From Thiotrichales bacterium (GTDB taxonomy: Bacteria; Pseudomonadota; Gammaproteobacteria; Francisellales; CACEW01): a stretch of DNA of 64,000 bases. The translations under genes were made by a program, and so were the position numbers. This document shows, piece after piece, positions 31,370 to 39,604 of the stretch. The stretch covers positions 33,920 through 97,919 of the forward strand of contig CANJVU010000007.1 in the NCBI GenBank assembly GCA_947478525.1. Direction: 5' to 3'. The first letter of the stretch is position 1. Each line of letters begins with the position of its first letter. The notes beneath the pieces were generated by a model. That model worked only from the letters and a program-made list of their open reading frames with translations. It made no database searches and had not been told where the DNA came from.

Positions 31370-32235
31370 CAAAACCTATCCGCAAAGCCATTTTCCCCGT
31401 CGCTGGTTTAGGCACGCGTTTTTTGCCGGTGACCAAAGCCAGTCCCAAAGAAATGTTACCGATTGTTGATAAACCCTTAATTCAATATGCCGTAGAAGAA
31501 GCGATTGCTGCAGGAATTAATGAATTAATTTTTGTGACCAGTGGCGCTAAACGGGCGATTGAAGATCATTTTGATAAAAACTACGAATTAGAGCAGCAGT
31601 TGATTCAAAAGCAAAAATTTGATTTGTTGGCCGAAGTCGAAAGCATTTTGCCTAAACACGTCAGTTGTGTTTATATCCGCCAATCAGAAGCATTGGGCTT
31701 GGGGCATGCCGTGCTGTGCGCCAAGAATTTGATTGGCGACGAATCCTTTGCCATTCTGCTTGCTGATGACTTGATTTCAAGCTCGGGTAAATTGTGCCTG
31801 GAGCAAATGGTAGAAATTTATCACCAAAAAGATGCGGGGGTGTTGGCGGTACAAACCGTCAAACCTTCTGAAACCAAACAGTATGGTATTGTTGAAATCG
31901 ATGCTGAACAGAACGTTAAAAATATTGTTGAAAAACCCGATCCTGACCAGGCACCGTCTAATTTGGCAGTGGTGGGACGTTATATTTTACCCAGCGAAAT
32001 TTTTGAGCACTTGGAAAATGTGCGTGCGGGTGCCGGTGGTGAGATTCAATTGACCGATGGTATTGCGTCACTCATCAAAAAACACAAAGTGGTGACCCAT
32101 GTGTTTACCGGTACGCGTTATGATTGTGGGAGTAAGTTGGGGTATTTGAAAGCCAATGTGGAATATGGGTTGAAACACCCCGAAGTCGCGGCGGCGTTTA
32201 AAGAGTACTTGGCGAAGCGGGTGGAAACAAAATGA
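31366..32235 (+). CDS. galU: UTP--glucose-1-phosphate uridylyltransferase
   Basis: IRKAIFPVAGLGTRFLPVTKASPKEMLPIVDKPLIQY...VGRYIL. ATG 31366 overlaps the DUF2442 stop (ATGA). Confidence 0.95.
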   Translation: MTKPIRKAIFPVAGLGTRFLPVTKASPKEMLPIVDKPLIQYAVEEAIAAGINELIFVTSGAKRAIEDHFDKNYELEQQLIQKQKFDLLAEVESILPKHVSCVYIRQSEALGLGHAVLCAKNLIGDESFAILLADDLISSSGKLCLEQMVEIYHQKDAGVLAVQTVKPSETKQYGIVEIDAEQNVKNIVEKPDPDQAPSNLAVVGRYILPSEIFEHLENVRAGAGGEIQLTDGIASLIKKHKVVTHVFTGTRYDCGSKLGYLKANVEYGLKHPEVAAAFKEYLAKRVETK

Positions 32236-33815
32236 GTCAAACCATAGCAAAAAAATTACCCATCGGTGTGCAGGATTTTACCATCTTGCGCACAGAGGGT
32301 TTTGTCTATGTGGATAAAACAGAACTGCTGCATCGTTTAATTACCCAAAATCGAGTGTATTTTCTCTCACGCCCGCGTCGTTTTGGGAAATCCCTTTTAA
32401 TTTCAACATTAGAAGCGATTTTTCAAGGCAAAAAAGAATTGTTTAAAGACCTGTGGATTGAAAAATCTGGTTATGATTGGAAGCCGCATCCCGTGATTCG
32501 GATTGATATGTCGGAGACCGTGCGTACGAGTCCAGAATTACTGGCTGAATCGTTGATTAAGTTGTTAAAAAGAATAGCGTCAACCCATCAGCTTGAGTTA
32601 GGCAATTCTCTGAGCCCGGGTGACGCTTTTAGTATGCTGATCACTTTGCTTGCAGAAAGAGGCCATAAAGTGGTTGTGCTGATCGACGAATATGATAAAC
32701 CCATTATCGACAACATCAGCAACCCAGAGTTGGCGCTGAAGATGCGTGATATTCTGAGGCCTTTCTACGGCATTTTAAAAGCCCAGGATGGCAATTTAAG
32801 GTTTATCCTGTTGACGGGGGTAACCAAATTTTCAAAAGCGTCGGTGTTTTCAGAGCTAAATAATTTACAGGATTTAACCTTAACGGACCAGTATTCGCAC
32901 CTGTTAGGATATACGCAAACGGAATTAGAAACGGTTTTTGCCGACAGAATTGTGCAATTGGCTGAAAAATATAAACACACGATCACAGAGGAATTGGATA
33001 ACATAAAGCAATGGTACAATGGTTACCACTTTTCCGCAGAAGGGCAAAGTGTCTATAACCCGTTCTCTACCCTGCTATTGTTAGAACAGCAGACGTATAT
33101 GAACCATTGGTTTGCGACGGCAACACCGAAATTTTTAATTGATCTGTTAGAAACACGTCATTATGCACCAGAAACCATCGAAGGCGCAGAAATTAACTTT
33201 GATGGCTTTGGCAGTTATGATATTGAGCGTTTGGAATTATTGCCATTACTTTATCAAACGGGTTATTTGACGATTAAATCTTACGATCCCCGTTTTAGAA
33301 CTTACCTTTTGGGATACCCGAATCTGGAAGTAGAACAGTCGTTTAAAGAGGCTGTGCTTAATCGTTTAGCAGAAGTGGCACCGGAGCAGCGTACGCAACT
33401 AATTTTAAATCTCATCAGATCATTAGAAAAGAAAGATTACACTTGGTTTTTTGAGGTGCTAAAAACCTTTTTCGCCCGTCTTCCTTATGAGTTACATCAG
33501 CCCACGGAAGCCTATTATCACAGCATTTTTTATCTGATTTTCCATTTGCTGGGCTATCCGATTGGCGCAGAAGTGCACACCAACCTGGGGCGAATTGATG
33601 CCGTGATTGAATTGCCCGACCAAATATTGATTTTTGAGTTTAAGCTCAATCAGTCCGCAGAGGTTGCGCTTAAACAAATCCATGATAAGCAATATTATGC
33701 GCCCTATGTTAATATGGGCAAAGCAATGGTGCTGTTTGGGGTGGAGTTCAGCACGGAGCTGCGCAATGTGAAAGCGTGGCGGGTGGAAGCGCTGAAAAAA
33801 GGTGAAAGCGTATGA
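32232..33815 (+). CDS. AAA-ATPase_like + PD-(D/E)XK (PDDEXK_9, ex-DUF1703) family protein, copy 1
   Basis: N-terminus LPIGVQDFTILRTEGFVYVDKT...YFLSRPRRFGKS (Walker A-like) and VVVLIDEYDKP (Walker B-like). C-terminus GRIDAVIEL..ILIFEFK (D..E.K nuclease-like). Confidence 0.8.
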   Translation: MSQTIAKKLPIGVQDFTILRTEGFVYVDKTELLHRLITQNRVYFLSRPRRFGKSLLISTLEAIFQGKKELFKDLWIEKSGYDWKPHPVIRIDMSETVRTSPELLAESLIKLLKRIASTHQLELGNSLSPGDAFSMLITLLAERGHKVVVLIDEYDKPIIDNISNPELALKMRDILRPFYGILKAQDGNLRFILLTGVTKFSKASVFSELNNLQDLTLTDQYSHLLGYTQTELETVFADRIVQLAEKYKHTITEELDNIKQWYNGYHFSAEGQSVYNPFSTLLLLEQQTYMNHWFATATPKFLIDLLETRHYAPETIEGAEINFDGFGSYDIERLELLPLLYQTGYLTIKSYDPRFRTYLLGYPNLEVEQSFKEAVLNRLAEVAPEQRTQLILNLIRSLEKKDYTWFFEVLKTFFARLPYELHQPTEAYYHSIFYLIFHLLGYPIGAEVHTNLGRIDAVIELPDQILIFEFKLNQSAEVALKQIHDKQYYAPYVNMGKAMVLFGVEFSTELRNVKAWRVEALKKGESV

Positions 33816-34105
33816 TGTTGACAAATTATGAGTTTTTGCAAAAACTTCAATCTGAGCCTTGTGTAAACCAGTTGATTTTATTTGGATCTCGCGCACGAGG
33901 GGATGCGCGTGAACGCTCTGATATTGATTTGGCAATTGATTGCCCCTCTGCAACGGGGATGGATTGGCGTAGGCTAAAAGACGTTATCGACGATGCGGAT
34001 ACTTTGTTGAAAATAGATGCGGTGCGTTATGATGCGTTATCTGAAAAAAGTCAGTTAAAACATAGCATTAATGAAGAAGGGGTGGTGCTTTATGTCAAAA
34101 AGTAA
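33812..34105 (+). CDS. Minimal nucleotidyltransferase (MNT/MntA-type antitoxin)
   Basis: LILFGSRARGDARERSDIDLAID is the GS(x)9-10 D.D pol-beta NTase signature. 97 aa. ATGA overlap with the upstream gene. Confidence 0.8.
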   Translation: MMLTNYEFLQKLQSEPCVNQLILFGSRARGDARERSDIDLAIDCPSATGMDWRRLKDVIDDADTLLKIDAVRYDALSEKSQLKHSINEEGVVLYVKK

Positions 34106-34493
34106 AATTAACCTTACTTCTGCTCAGTTAAAAAAAGCATTGGTTGCATTGAAACAGATGGTCGATAAGCCAATGCAAGAAGATCGTAGTAACATTGATG
34201 CGTGTATTCAGCGTTTTGAATTTTCGGTAGAGTTATTTTGGAAATTTTTGAAGAGAGTTTTAGAAGACCGTGGTGTTGAAGTGACTTATCCCAAAGATGT
34301 GGTCCGTACGGCATTTTCGGGAAAGTTGATTGATGATGAGGCCATCTGGTTGAATATGTTGGATGATCGTAACTTAACATCACACGCCTATGATGAAACG
34401 TTGGCAGATCAAATTTTCGATCATATTCCGCAGTATTATGAAGTGATGTGGCAAACGCTTTTGAGGCTTGCTGAGCGGGTGGAAACAAAATGA
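34092..34493 (+). CDS. HI0074-family nucleotidyltransferase substrate-binding protein (HEPN/HepT-type toxin)
   Basis: About 133 aa helical protein, QRFEFSVELFWKFLKRVL...RNLTSHAYDE (Rx4-6H HEPN-like motif). Overlaps the MNT gene by 14 nt. Its last codons ERVETK* are identical in DNA to the galU tail. Confidence 0.75.
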   Translation: MSKSKINLTSAQLKKALVALKQMVDKPMQEDRSNIDACIQRFEFSVELFWKFLKRVLEDRGVEVTYPKDVVRTAFSGKLIDDEAIWLNMLDDRNLTSHAYDETLADQIFDHIPQYYEVMWQTLLRLAERVETK

Positions 34494-36064
34494 GTCAAAC
34501 CATAGCGAAAAAATTACCCATCGGTGTGCAGGATTTTACCATCTTACGCACAGAGGGTTTTGTCTATGTGGATAAAACAGAACTGCTGCATCGTTTAATT
34601 ACCCAAAATCGAGTGTATTTTCTCTCACGCCCGCGTCGTTTTGGAAAATCCCTTTTAATTTCAACATTAGAAGCGATTTTTCAAGGTAAAAAAGAGTTGT
34701 TTAAAGACCTGTGGATTGAAAAAACGGGTTATGATTGGAAGCCGCATCCCGTGATTCGGATTGATATGTCGGAGACCGTGCGTACGAGTCCAGAATTACT
34801 GGCTGAATCGTTGATCAAGTTGTTAAAAAGAATAGCGTCAACCCATCAGCTTGAGTTAGGCAATTCGCTGAGCCCAGGTGACGCTTTTAGTATGCTGATC
34901 ACTTTGCTTGCAGAAAGAGGCCATAAAGTGGTTGTGTTGATCGATGAATACGACAAGCCGATTATCGACAACATCAGTGATATTAAATTGGCTTTAAAAA
35001 TACGCGATGTATTGCGCACCTTTTATGGAATTTTAAAAGCACAAGATGGTAACTTAAAATTTATTTTATTGACGGGGGTGAGTAAATTCTCAAAAGCGTC
35101 GGTGTTTTCGGAGTTGAATAATTTACAAGATTTGACGCTAGATACCAACAGTGCAACTTTACTGGGGTATACTCAAACAGAATTAGAAGCAGTATTCAAC
35201 CCCTGGATTCAGCAGCTTGCAGTAAGAGATGATCATAGTCTTACCGAAGAGCTGGCAAAGATAAAGCGGTGGTACAATGGCTATCAGTTTTCTTCAAAGT
35301 CGGAGCGAGTTTATAATCCTTTTTCAACGCTATTATTATTTCAACAACAAGAATATCGAGTGCATTGGTTTGAAACCGCAACGCCGAAATTTTTAATGGA
35401 TATATTGGAAAAAAGCACCTATCTTCCTGAGGAACTCAATCATTTTGAGGCAGGAGAAACAGCCTTTGGCACCTATGATATCGAGCGATTGGAATTGCTG
35501 CCACTATTGTATCAGACAGGTTATTTGACGATTACAGGTTTTGATAAGGAACTACGCGCTTATACGTTGGGTTATCCCAATCTTGAGGTGGAGCAATCTT
35601 TCACGGAAGCCATTTTATCTCGATGGTCAGGCACAAGAAGGGGTTTGCAGGAACAGACCAATCTAAATATGGCAAGAGCCATACGTGATGGCAATTACAG
35701 TGAGTTTTTCAAAGAACTAAAAAGTTTTTTAGCCAGTATCCCTTATGATCTTCATCAGCCGAGTGAGGGCTATTATCACAGCATTTTTTATCTGATTTTC
35801 CATTTGTTGGGTTATCGTATTGGCGCGGAAGTGCACACCAACCTGGGGCGAATTGATGCCGTGATTGAATTGCCCGACCAAATATTGATTTTTGAGTTTA
35901 AGCTCAATCAGTCCGCAGAGGTTGCACTTAAACAAATCCATGATAAGCAATATTATGCGCCCTATGTTAATATGGGCAAAGCAATAGTGCTGTTTGGTGT
36001 GGAGTTCAGCACGGAGTTGCGGAATGTGAAAGCGTGGCGGGTGGAAGCACCCAAAGGAATTTAA
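34490..36064 (+). CDS. AAA-ATPase_like + PD-(D/E)XK (PDDEXK_9) family protein, copy 2 (mosaic paralog of copy 1)
   Basis: Same motifs as copy 1. The first ~160 and last ~90 codons are near-identical to copy 1, while the central part is strongly diverged at constant length. Confidence 0.8.
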   Translation: MSQTIAKKLPIGVQDFTILRTEGFVYVDKTELLHRLITQNRVYFLSRPRRFGKSLLISTLEAIFQGKKELFKDLWIEKTGYDWKPHPVIRIDMSETVRTSPELLAESLIKLLKRIASTHQLELGNSLSPGDAFSMLITLLAERGHKVVVLIDEYDKPIIDNISDIKLALKIRDVLRTFYGILKAQDGNLKFILLTGVSKFSKASVFSELNNLQDLTLDTNSATLLGYTQTELEAVFNPWIQQLAVRDDHSLTEELAKIKRWYNGYQFSSKSERVYNPFSTLLLFQQQEYRVHWFETATPKFLMDILEKSTYLPEELNHFEAGETAFGTYDIERLELLPLLYQTGYLTITGFDKELRAYTLGYPNLEVEQSFTEAILSRWSGTRRGLQEQTNLNMARAIRDGNYSEFFKELKSFLASIPYDLHQPSEGYYHSIFYLIFHLLGYRIGAEVHTNLGRIDAVIELPDQILIFEFKLNQSAEVALKQIHDKQYYAPYVNMGKAIVLFGVEFSTELRNVKAWRVEAPKGI

Positions 36065-37146
36065 TGAAAGTAGTCAATGTAACCAAAACTTACTTACCCG
36101 ATATTAAAAAATACATTCAATATGTTGAGCGTATTTATGAAACGGGGTGGGTGACCAATGCTGGAGCGTGTGTACAAGAGCTAACAAAAAGACTTGAACA
36201 GTATTTGGGTGTCAAGAACCTGGTGCTGGTGAGCAACGCCACGCTAGGCCTTCAGTTAGCGTATAAAGCGTTAGAGTTATCCGGTGAGGTGATCACTACG
36301 CCCTTTAGTTTTGTTGCAACCACCAGTTCGTTGGTTTGGGAAAAACTAACCCCTCGGTTTGTAGATATCGATCCTACTTCTTTTTGTATCAATCCAGCCC
36401 TGATCGAATCAGCGATTACCCCAAAAACCTCTGCGATTCTGCCCGTGCACGTCTATGGCAATGTCTGTGAAGTTGAAAAAATAGAGGCCATTGCCAAGAA
36501 ACACAAATTGAAAGTTGTTTATGACGCTGCTCACGCTTTTGGGGTGAATTATAAAGGTGCAAGTGTGTTAAATCATGGCGACATATCGATATTAAGCTTT
36601 CACGCCACCAAGTTATTTCACACCGTCGAAGGCGGTGCCTTGATTATTAAAGACGATGCCGTTTACGAAAAAGTTAAAAGATTAATGAACTTTGGTCTTA
36701 ATGGCCCCGTTGAAATTGTCAGCGAAGGGATTAACACTAAGATGAGTGAGTTCCATGCGGCGATGGGGTTGTGTGTGTTGGATGATATGGCAGAGATCTT
36801 GCAGAAACGTCAAGAGGTTGATCGCTACTACCGTGAACACCTGCCTGATCAATTGCACTTATTAGAAGTGAATCCATCGGCTACACCAAATTATGCTTAT
36901 TTTCCAGTGGTATTTGACAGTGAAAGCCAGTTATTGAAGGTAGAGGCAGTGTTAAAAGCAAATAATATTGTCCCGCGTCGATATTTCTATCCTTCACTTA
37001 ACACCGTGCCTTATGTAGAATATCAACCAATGCCAGTGAGTGAAGATATTGCGGCTAGGGTATTGTGTTTGCCGATGTATGCAGGATTAGAGGCTGCATC
37101 ATTTGAAAAAATAGTCGATATGATTGGACAAGTGATCAACACATGA
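36064..37146 (+). CDS. DegT/DnrJ/EryC1/StrS-family sugar aminotransferase (PLP-dependent)
   Basis: TKTYLPD...GWVTNAG..VQELTKRLEQYLGVKN, VITTPFSFVATTS, and the PLP-lysine context ILSFHATKLFHTVEGGA. ATG 36064 overlaps the stop of the upstream gene (TAATG). Confidence 0.85.
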   Translation: MKVVNVTKTYLPDIKKYIQYVERIYETGWVTNAGACVQELTKRLEQYLGVKNLVLVSNATLGLQLAYKALELSGEVITTPFSFVATTSSLVWEKLTPRFVDIDPTSFCINPALIESAITPKTSAILPVHVYGNVCEVEKIEAIAKKHKLKVVYDAAHAFGVNYKGASVLNHGDISILSFHATKLFHTVEGGALIIKDDAVYEKVKRLMNFGLNGPVEIVSEGINTKMSEFHAAMGLCVLDDMAEILQKRQEVDRYYREHLPDQLHLLEVNPSATPNYAYFPVVFDSESQLLKVEAVLKANNIVPRRYFYPSLNTVPYVEYQPMPVSEDIAARVLCLPMYAGLEAASFEKIVDMIGQVINT

Positions 37147-37832
37147 AAATAGCCATTATGCAGCCTTACCTTTTCCCTTACTTAGGCTATTTCCAGCTGC
37201 TTTCAGCGATTGACACTTTTGTGATCTATGATGACGTCAATTATATTAACAAGGGCTATATCAATCGAAATTCTATCGTCGTCAACGGTCAGGTACTCAA
37301 GTTTACGCTGGAATTAATCGGTGCAAGTCAGAACAAATTAATCAATGATATTCAGGTTGGCAACAATGTTGCAAAAATTCTCAAAACTATTGGACTTGCT
37401 TATAAGAAAGCGCCTTGTTTTGCACAAGCTTTTCCAATGATTACAGAAATTTTGTTGAATACAGAGAAAAATTTGGCACGATTTATTGGTGCCTCACTAC
37501 AGGTGTTGGCAAACTATTTGGGAATAAGCACCCATTTTCTTTATTCAAGCGAGATAGATAAAAACCCTAACTTACGTGGGCAAGATAAAATTATTGCCAT
37601 TTGTGAAACACTACAGGCGGACACTTATCTTAATCCGATTGGTGGCGTGGAGCTTTATGATAAAACGCTATTTGCGCAGCATCAGATACAGTTGTTTTTT
37701 TTAAAAGGGCAGTTGCCTTCATATAGACAATTCACGACAGACTTTATTCCCGCACTTTCTATTATCGATGTTTTGATGTTTAATGATCCAGAGCAAGTAG
37801 TGCAGATGTTAGCGCAATACCAATTGATATAG
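37143..37832 (+). CDS. WbqC-family protein (polysaccharide-cluster protein of unknown mechanism)
   Basis: MKIAIMQPYLFPYLGYFQLLSAIDTFVIYDDVNY is the typical WbqC-like N-terminus. Confidence 0.75.
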   Translation: MKIAIMQPYLFPYLGYFQLLSAIDTFVIYDDVNYINKGYINRNSIVVNGQVLKFTLELIGASQNKLINDIQVGNNVAKILKTIGLAYKKAPCFAQAFPMITEILLNTEKNLARFIGASLQVLANYLGISTHFLYSSEIDKNPNLRGQDKIIAICETLQADTYLNPIGGVELYDKTLFAQHQIQLFFLKGQLPSYRQFTTDFIPALSIIDVLMFNDPEQVVQMLAQYQLI

Positions 37833-37837
37833 TAAGG

Positions 37838-38503
37838 ATGTCTATGGCAAAAGTAGTGATATTTGGAGTGGGGCAAATTGCAGAAATTGCTCATTTCTAC
37901 TTAACGCACGACAGCGAACATGAAGTGGTTGCTTTTACGGTTGATCGCGAATTTTTAAAGGAAGCTCAGTTTGCTGGGCTACCTGTAGTACCTTTTGAGG
38001 AAGTGAGAGCACTCTATCCTCCCGAGCAGTATAAAATGTTGGTTCCGATTAGCTATCGTAAGGTGAATCAGTTGCGCGCTGAAAAATATCAACAAGCGAA
38101 GCAGAAGGGTTATGCTTTTATTACGTACATAAGCTCAAAAGCAGTATATTATGGTACGCCAGTAGGGGAGAATTGCTTTATTTTTGAGAGTAATGTGATT
38201 CAGCCGTTTACCAAAATAGGCGATAATTGTATTCTCTGGAGTGGCAATCATATCGGTCACCATTCTGTTATTGAAAACCATTGTTTTATCGCATCTCATG
38301 TGGTGATTTCTGGCAAAGTAGTGGTGGGGGAATATACCTTTATTGGGGTAAATGCCACAGTGGCAGATAATTTGACCATTGGCGCAAGCAATGTGATTGG
38401 TGCCAATGCCGTTATTATGAAAAGCACTGAACCCAAAGCGGTTTTTCCCGTAGCTCAAACGGAGCAATCCGCAGTGCCCAGTGACAAGTTACGGAGATTT
38501 TAG
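37838..38503 (+). CDS. NeuD/PglD-family hexapeptide-repeat sugar N-/O-acyltransferase
   Basis: Rossmann-like N-domain VVIFGVGQIAEIAHFYL plus left-handed beta-helix repeats (IGDNCILWSGNHIGHHSVIENHCFIASHVVISG..). Confidence 0.8.
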   Translation: MSMAKVVIFGVGQIAEIAHFYLTHDSEHEVVAFTVDREFLKEAQFAGLPVVPFEEVRALYPPEQYKMLVPISYRKVNQLRAEKYQQAKQKGYAFITYISSKAVYYGTPVGENCFIFESNVIQPFTKIGDNCILWSGNHIGHHSVIENHCFIASHVVISGKVVVGEYTFIGVNATVADNLTIGASNVIGANAVIMKSTEPKAVFPVAQTEQSAVPSDKLRRF

Positions 38504-39157
38504 ATGGATTATCTTAAAATTGTAAATCATTATGAGAAATGCTTTGAGCAACATGGAGACTCTCCCAAAGGTGTCGACTGGACTAGAGAGGATCAGGTGG
38601 ATACTCGCTATCAGGTTATGTTAGAGTTAATTCAGTACCGTGAAAAAAGTGCTAACGTTAATCAACCCGTGGATTTATTGGATTATGGTTGTGGTTTATC
38701 GCATTTGTATGAGTATATTAAGAAGCATAAACTAAATCGTCTGAGTTACTCGGGGTTAGAAATTTCTCCTACTTTTTATGAGGCATCAAAGGTAAAATAT
38801 CCTAAAAATCACTATTATTTGCTAGATATTTTATCTCAAGTGGACGAGAAAAAATTGGATCGTACCTTTGATTATATTGTGATGAATGGGGTGTTTACCG
38901 AAAAGCGTGAGCTAAGCCATGAGCAAATGTTCGATTATTTCAAGCAAGTAATGCGCAAAGTTTATCCTTTAGCTAATAAAGGTATTGCATTTAACCTGAT
39001 GTCAAAACAAGTTGATTGGGAAAAGGAATTTTTATTCCATGTGCCACTTGACGATCTGGCGTTTTTCTTGACCAAAGAATTAACCAGGGATTTTGTGATC
39101 CGTAATGATTATGGTTTGTATGAGTATACGGTTTATGTTTATAAAAATGAAAAATAA
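38504..39157 (+). CDS. Class I SAM-dependent methyltransferase
   Basis: Motif I LLDYGCGLS and a post-I acidic residue (GLEIS). 217 aa. Confidence 0.7.
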   Translation: MDYLKIVNHYEKCFEQHGDSPKGVDWTREDQVDTRYQVMLELIQYREKSANVNQPVDLLDYGCGLSHLYEYIKKHKLNRLSYSGLEISPTFYEASKVKYPKNHYYLLDILSQVDEKKLDRTFDYIVMNGVFTEKRELSHEQMFDYFKQVMRKVYPLANKGIAFNLMSKQVDWEKEFLFHVPLDDLAFFLTKELTRDFVIRNDYGLYEYTVYVYKNEK

Positions 39158-39178
39158 AACTTAATAATGGAGCAAAAA

Positions 39179-39604
39179 ATGTCAAAATTTATTGATTTAG
39201 CAGAATTGGTTTCACAAGAGAGAATTGATTTTGCAAATGAAGCTGCTGGCCATGTTAAGATACTTAATAAAGCGCAGAAAGTTGGAGAAGCTGAGACCTT
39301 TGTTCCTGATTATGTACAAAATGTTATAGAGTGGCGATTGGATGATTTTATTGCACAGTATGAGCTATCGGTTCCAAATTACATTAAAATAGATGTCGAT
39401 GGTGCAGAATTAAACGTCATTGAAGGGCTTGAAAAAACGTTGAAGAATAGCAAGTTAAAGTCAATTTTTATTGAATTACATGAAGACAGTGAAGATACAC
39501 CACTGATTCGAAATAAATTAAAGTTGTTAGGATTTACGGAGAAATCAAGGCACCAGGTTCAGCACTATACCAATCTAACCAACTATGTTTTTGCAAAGTC
39601 ATGA
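39179..39604 (+). CDS. FkbM-family methyltransferase-like protein, C-terminal half only (possibly truncated or remnant)
   Basis: VPNYIKIDVDGAELNVIEGLEKTL matches the FkbM signature (..KIDVEGAE..VL.G). No N-terminal SAM-binding GxG motif is present in this 141-145-aa ORF. Confidence 0.5.
   Translation: MSKFIDLAELVSQERIDFANEAAGHVKILNKAQKVGEAETFVPDYVQNVIEWRLDDFIAQYELSVPNYIKIDVDGAELNVIEGLEKTLKNSKLKSIFIELHEDSEDTPLIRNKLKLLGFTEKSRHQVQHYTNLTNYVFAKS

Larger units (their letters stand above)
32216..36048 (+). repeat. Direct-repeat architecture with a 2258-bp period
   Basis: Manual alignment; the offset stays at 2258 nt throughout (no net indels). The 5' blocks are about 32216-32690 vs 34474-34948 and the 3' blocks about 33512-33790 vs 35770-36048. 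The 10-mer GCGGGTGGAA occurs at 32217, 33779, 34475 and 36037. Confidence 0.85.

Noticed and set aside
32217-36046. Integron-like gene-cassette array
   Set aside because: No integron integrase, attI or attC-type imperfect palindromes (60-120 nt) are present, and the shared site is only a 10-mer inside coding sequence. It is kept as one hypothesis within the main finding, not called as an integron.
36034-36063. N-terminal extensions in the ORF track for the aminotransferase (36034), galU (31351), the hepT-like gene (34071), the acyltransferase (61277) and the sugar transferase (59739)
   Set aside because: Each extension overlaps the upstream gene. An internal ATG gives the family-typical N-terminus, with a short start/stop overlap or an RBS.
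30800-36100. JUMPStart/ops (GGCGGTAG) antitermination element upstream of the polysaccharide cluster
   Set aside because: I looked by eye in the few non-coding stretches before galU and before the first sugar genes and found no match. The region has almost no intergenic DNA. A proper pattern search is needed before concluding it is absent.
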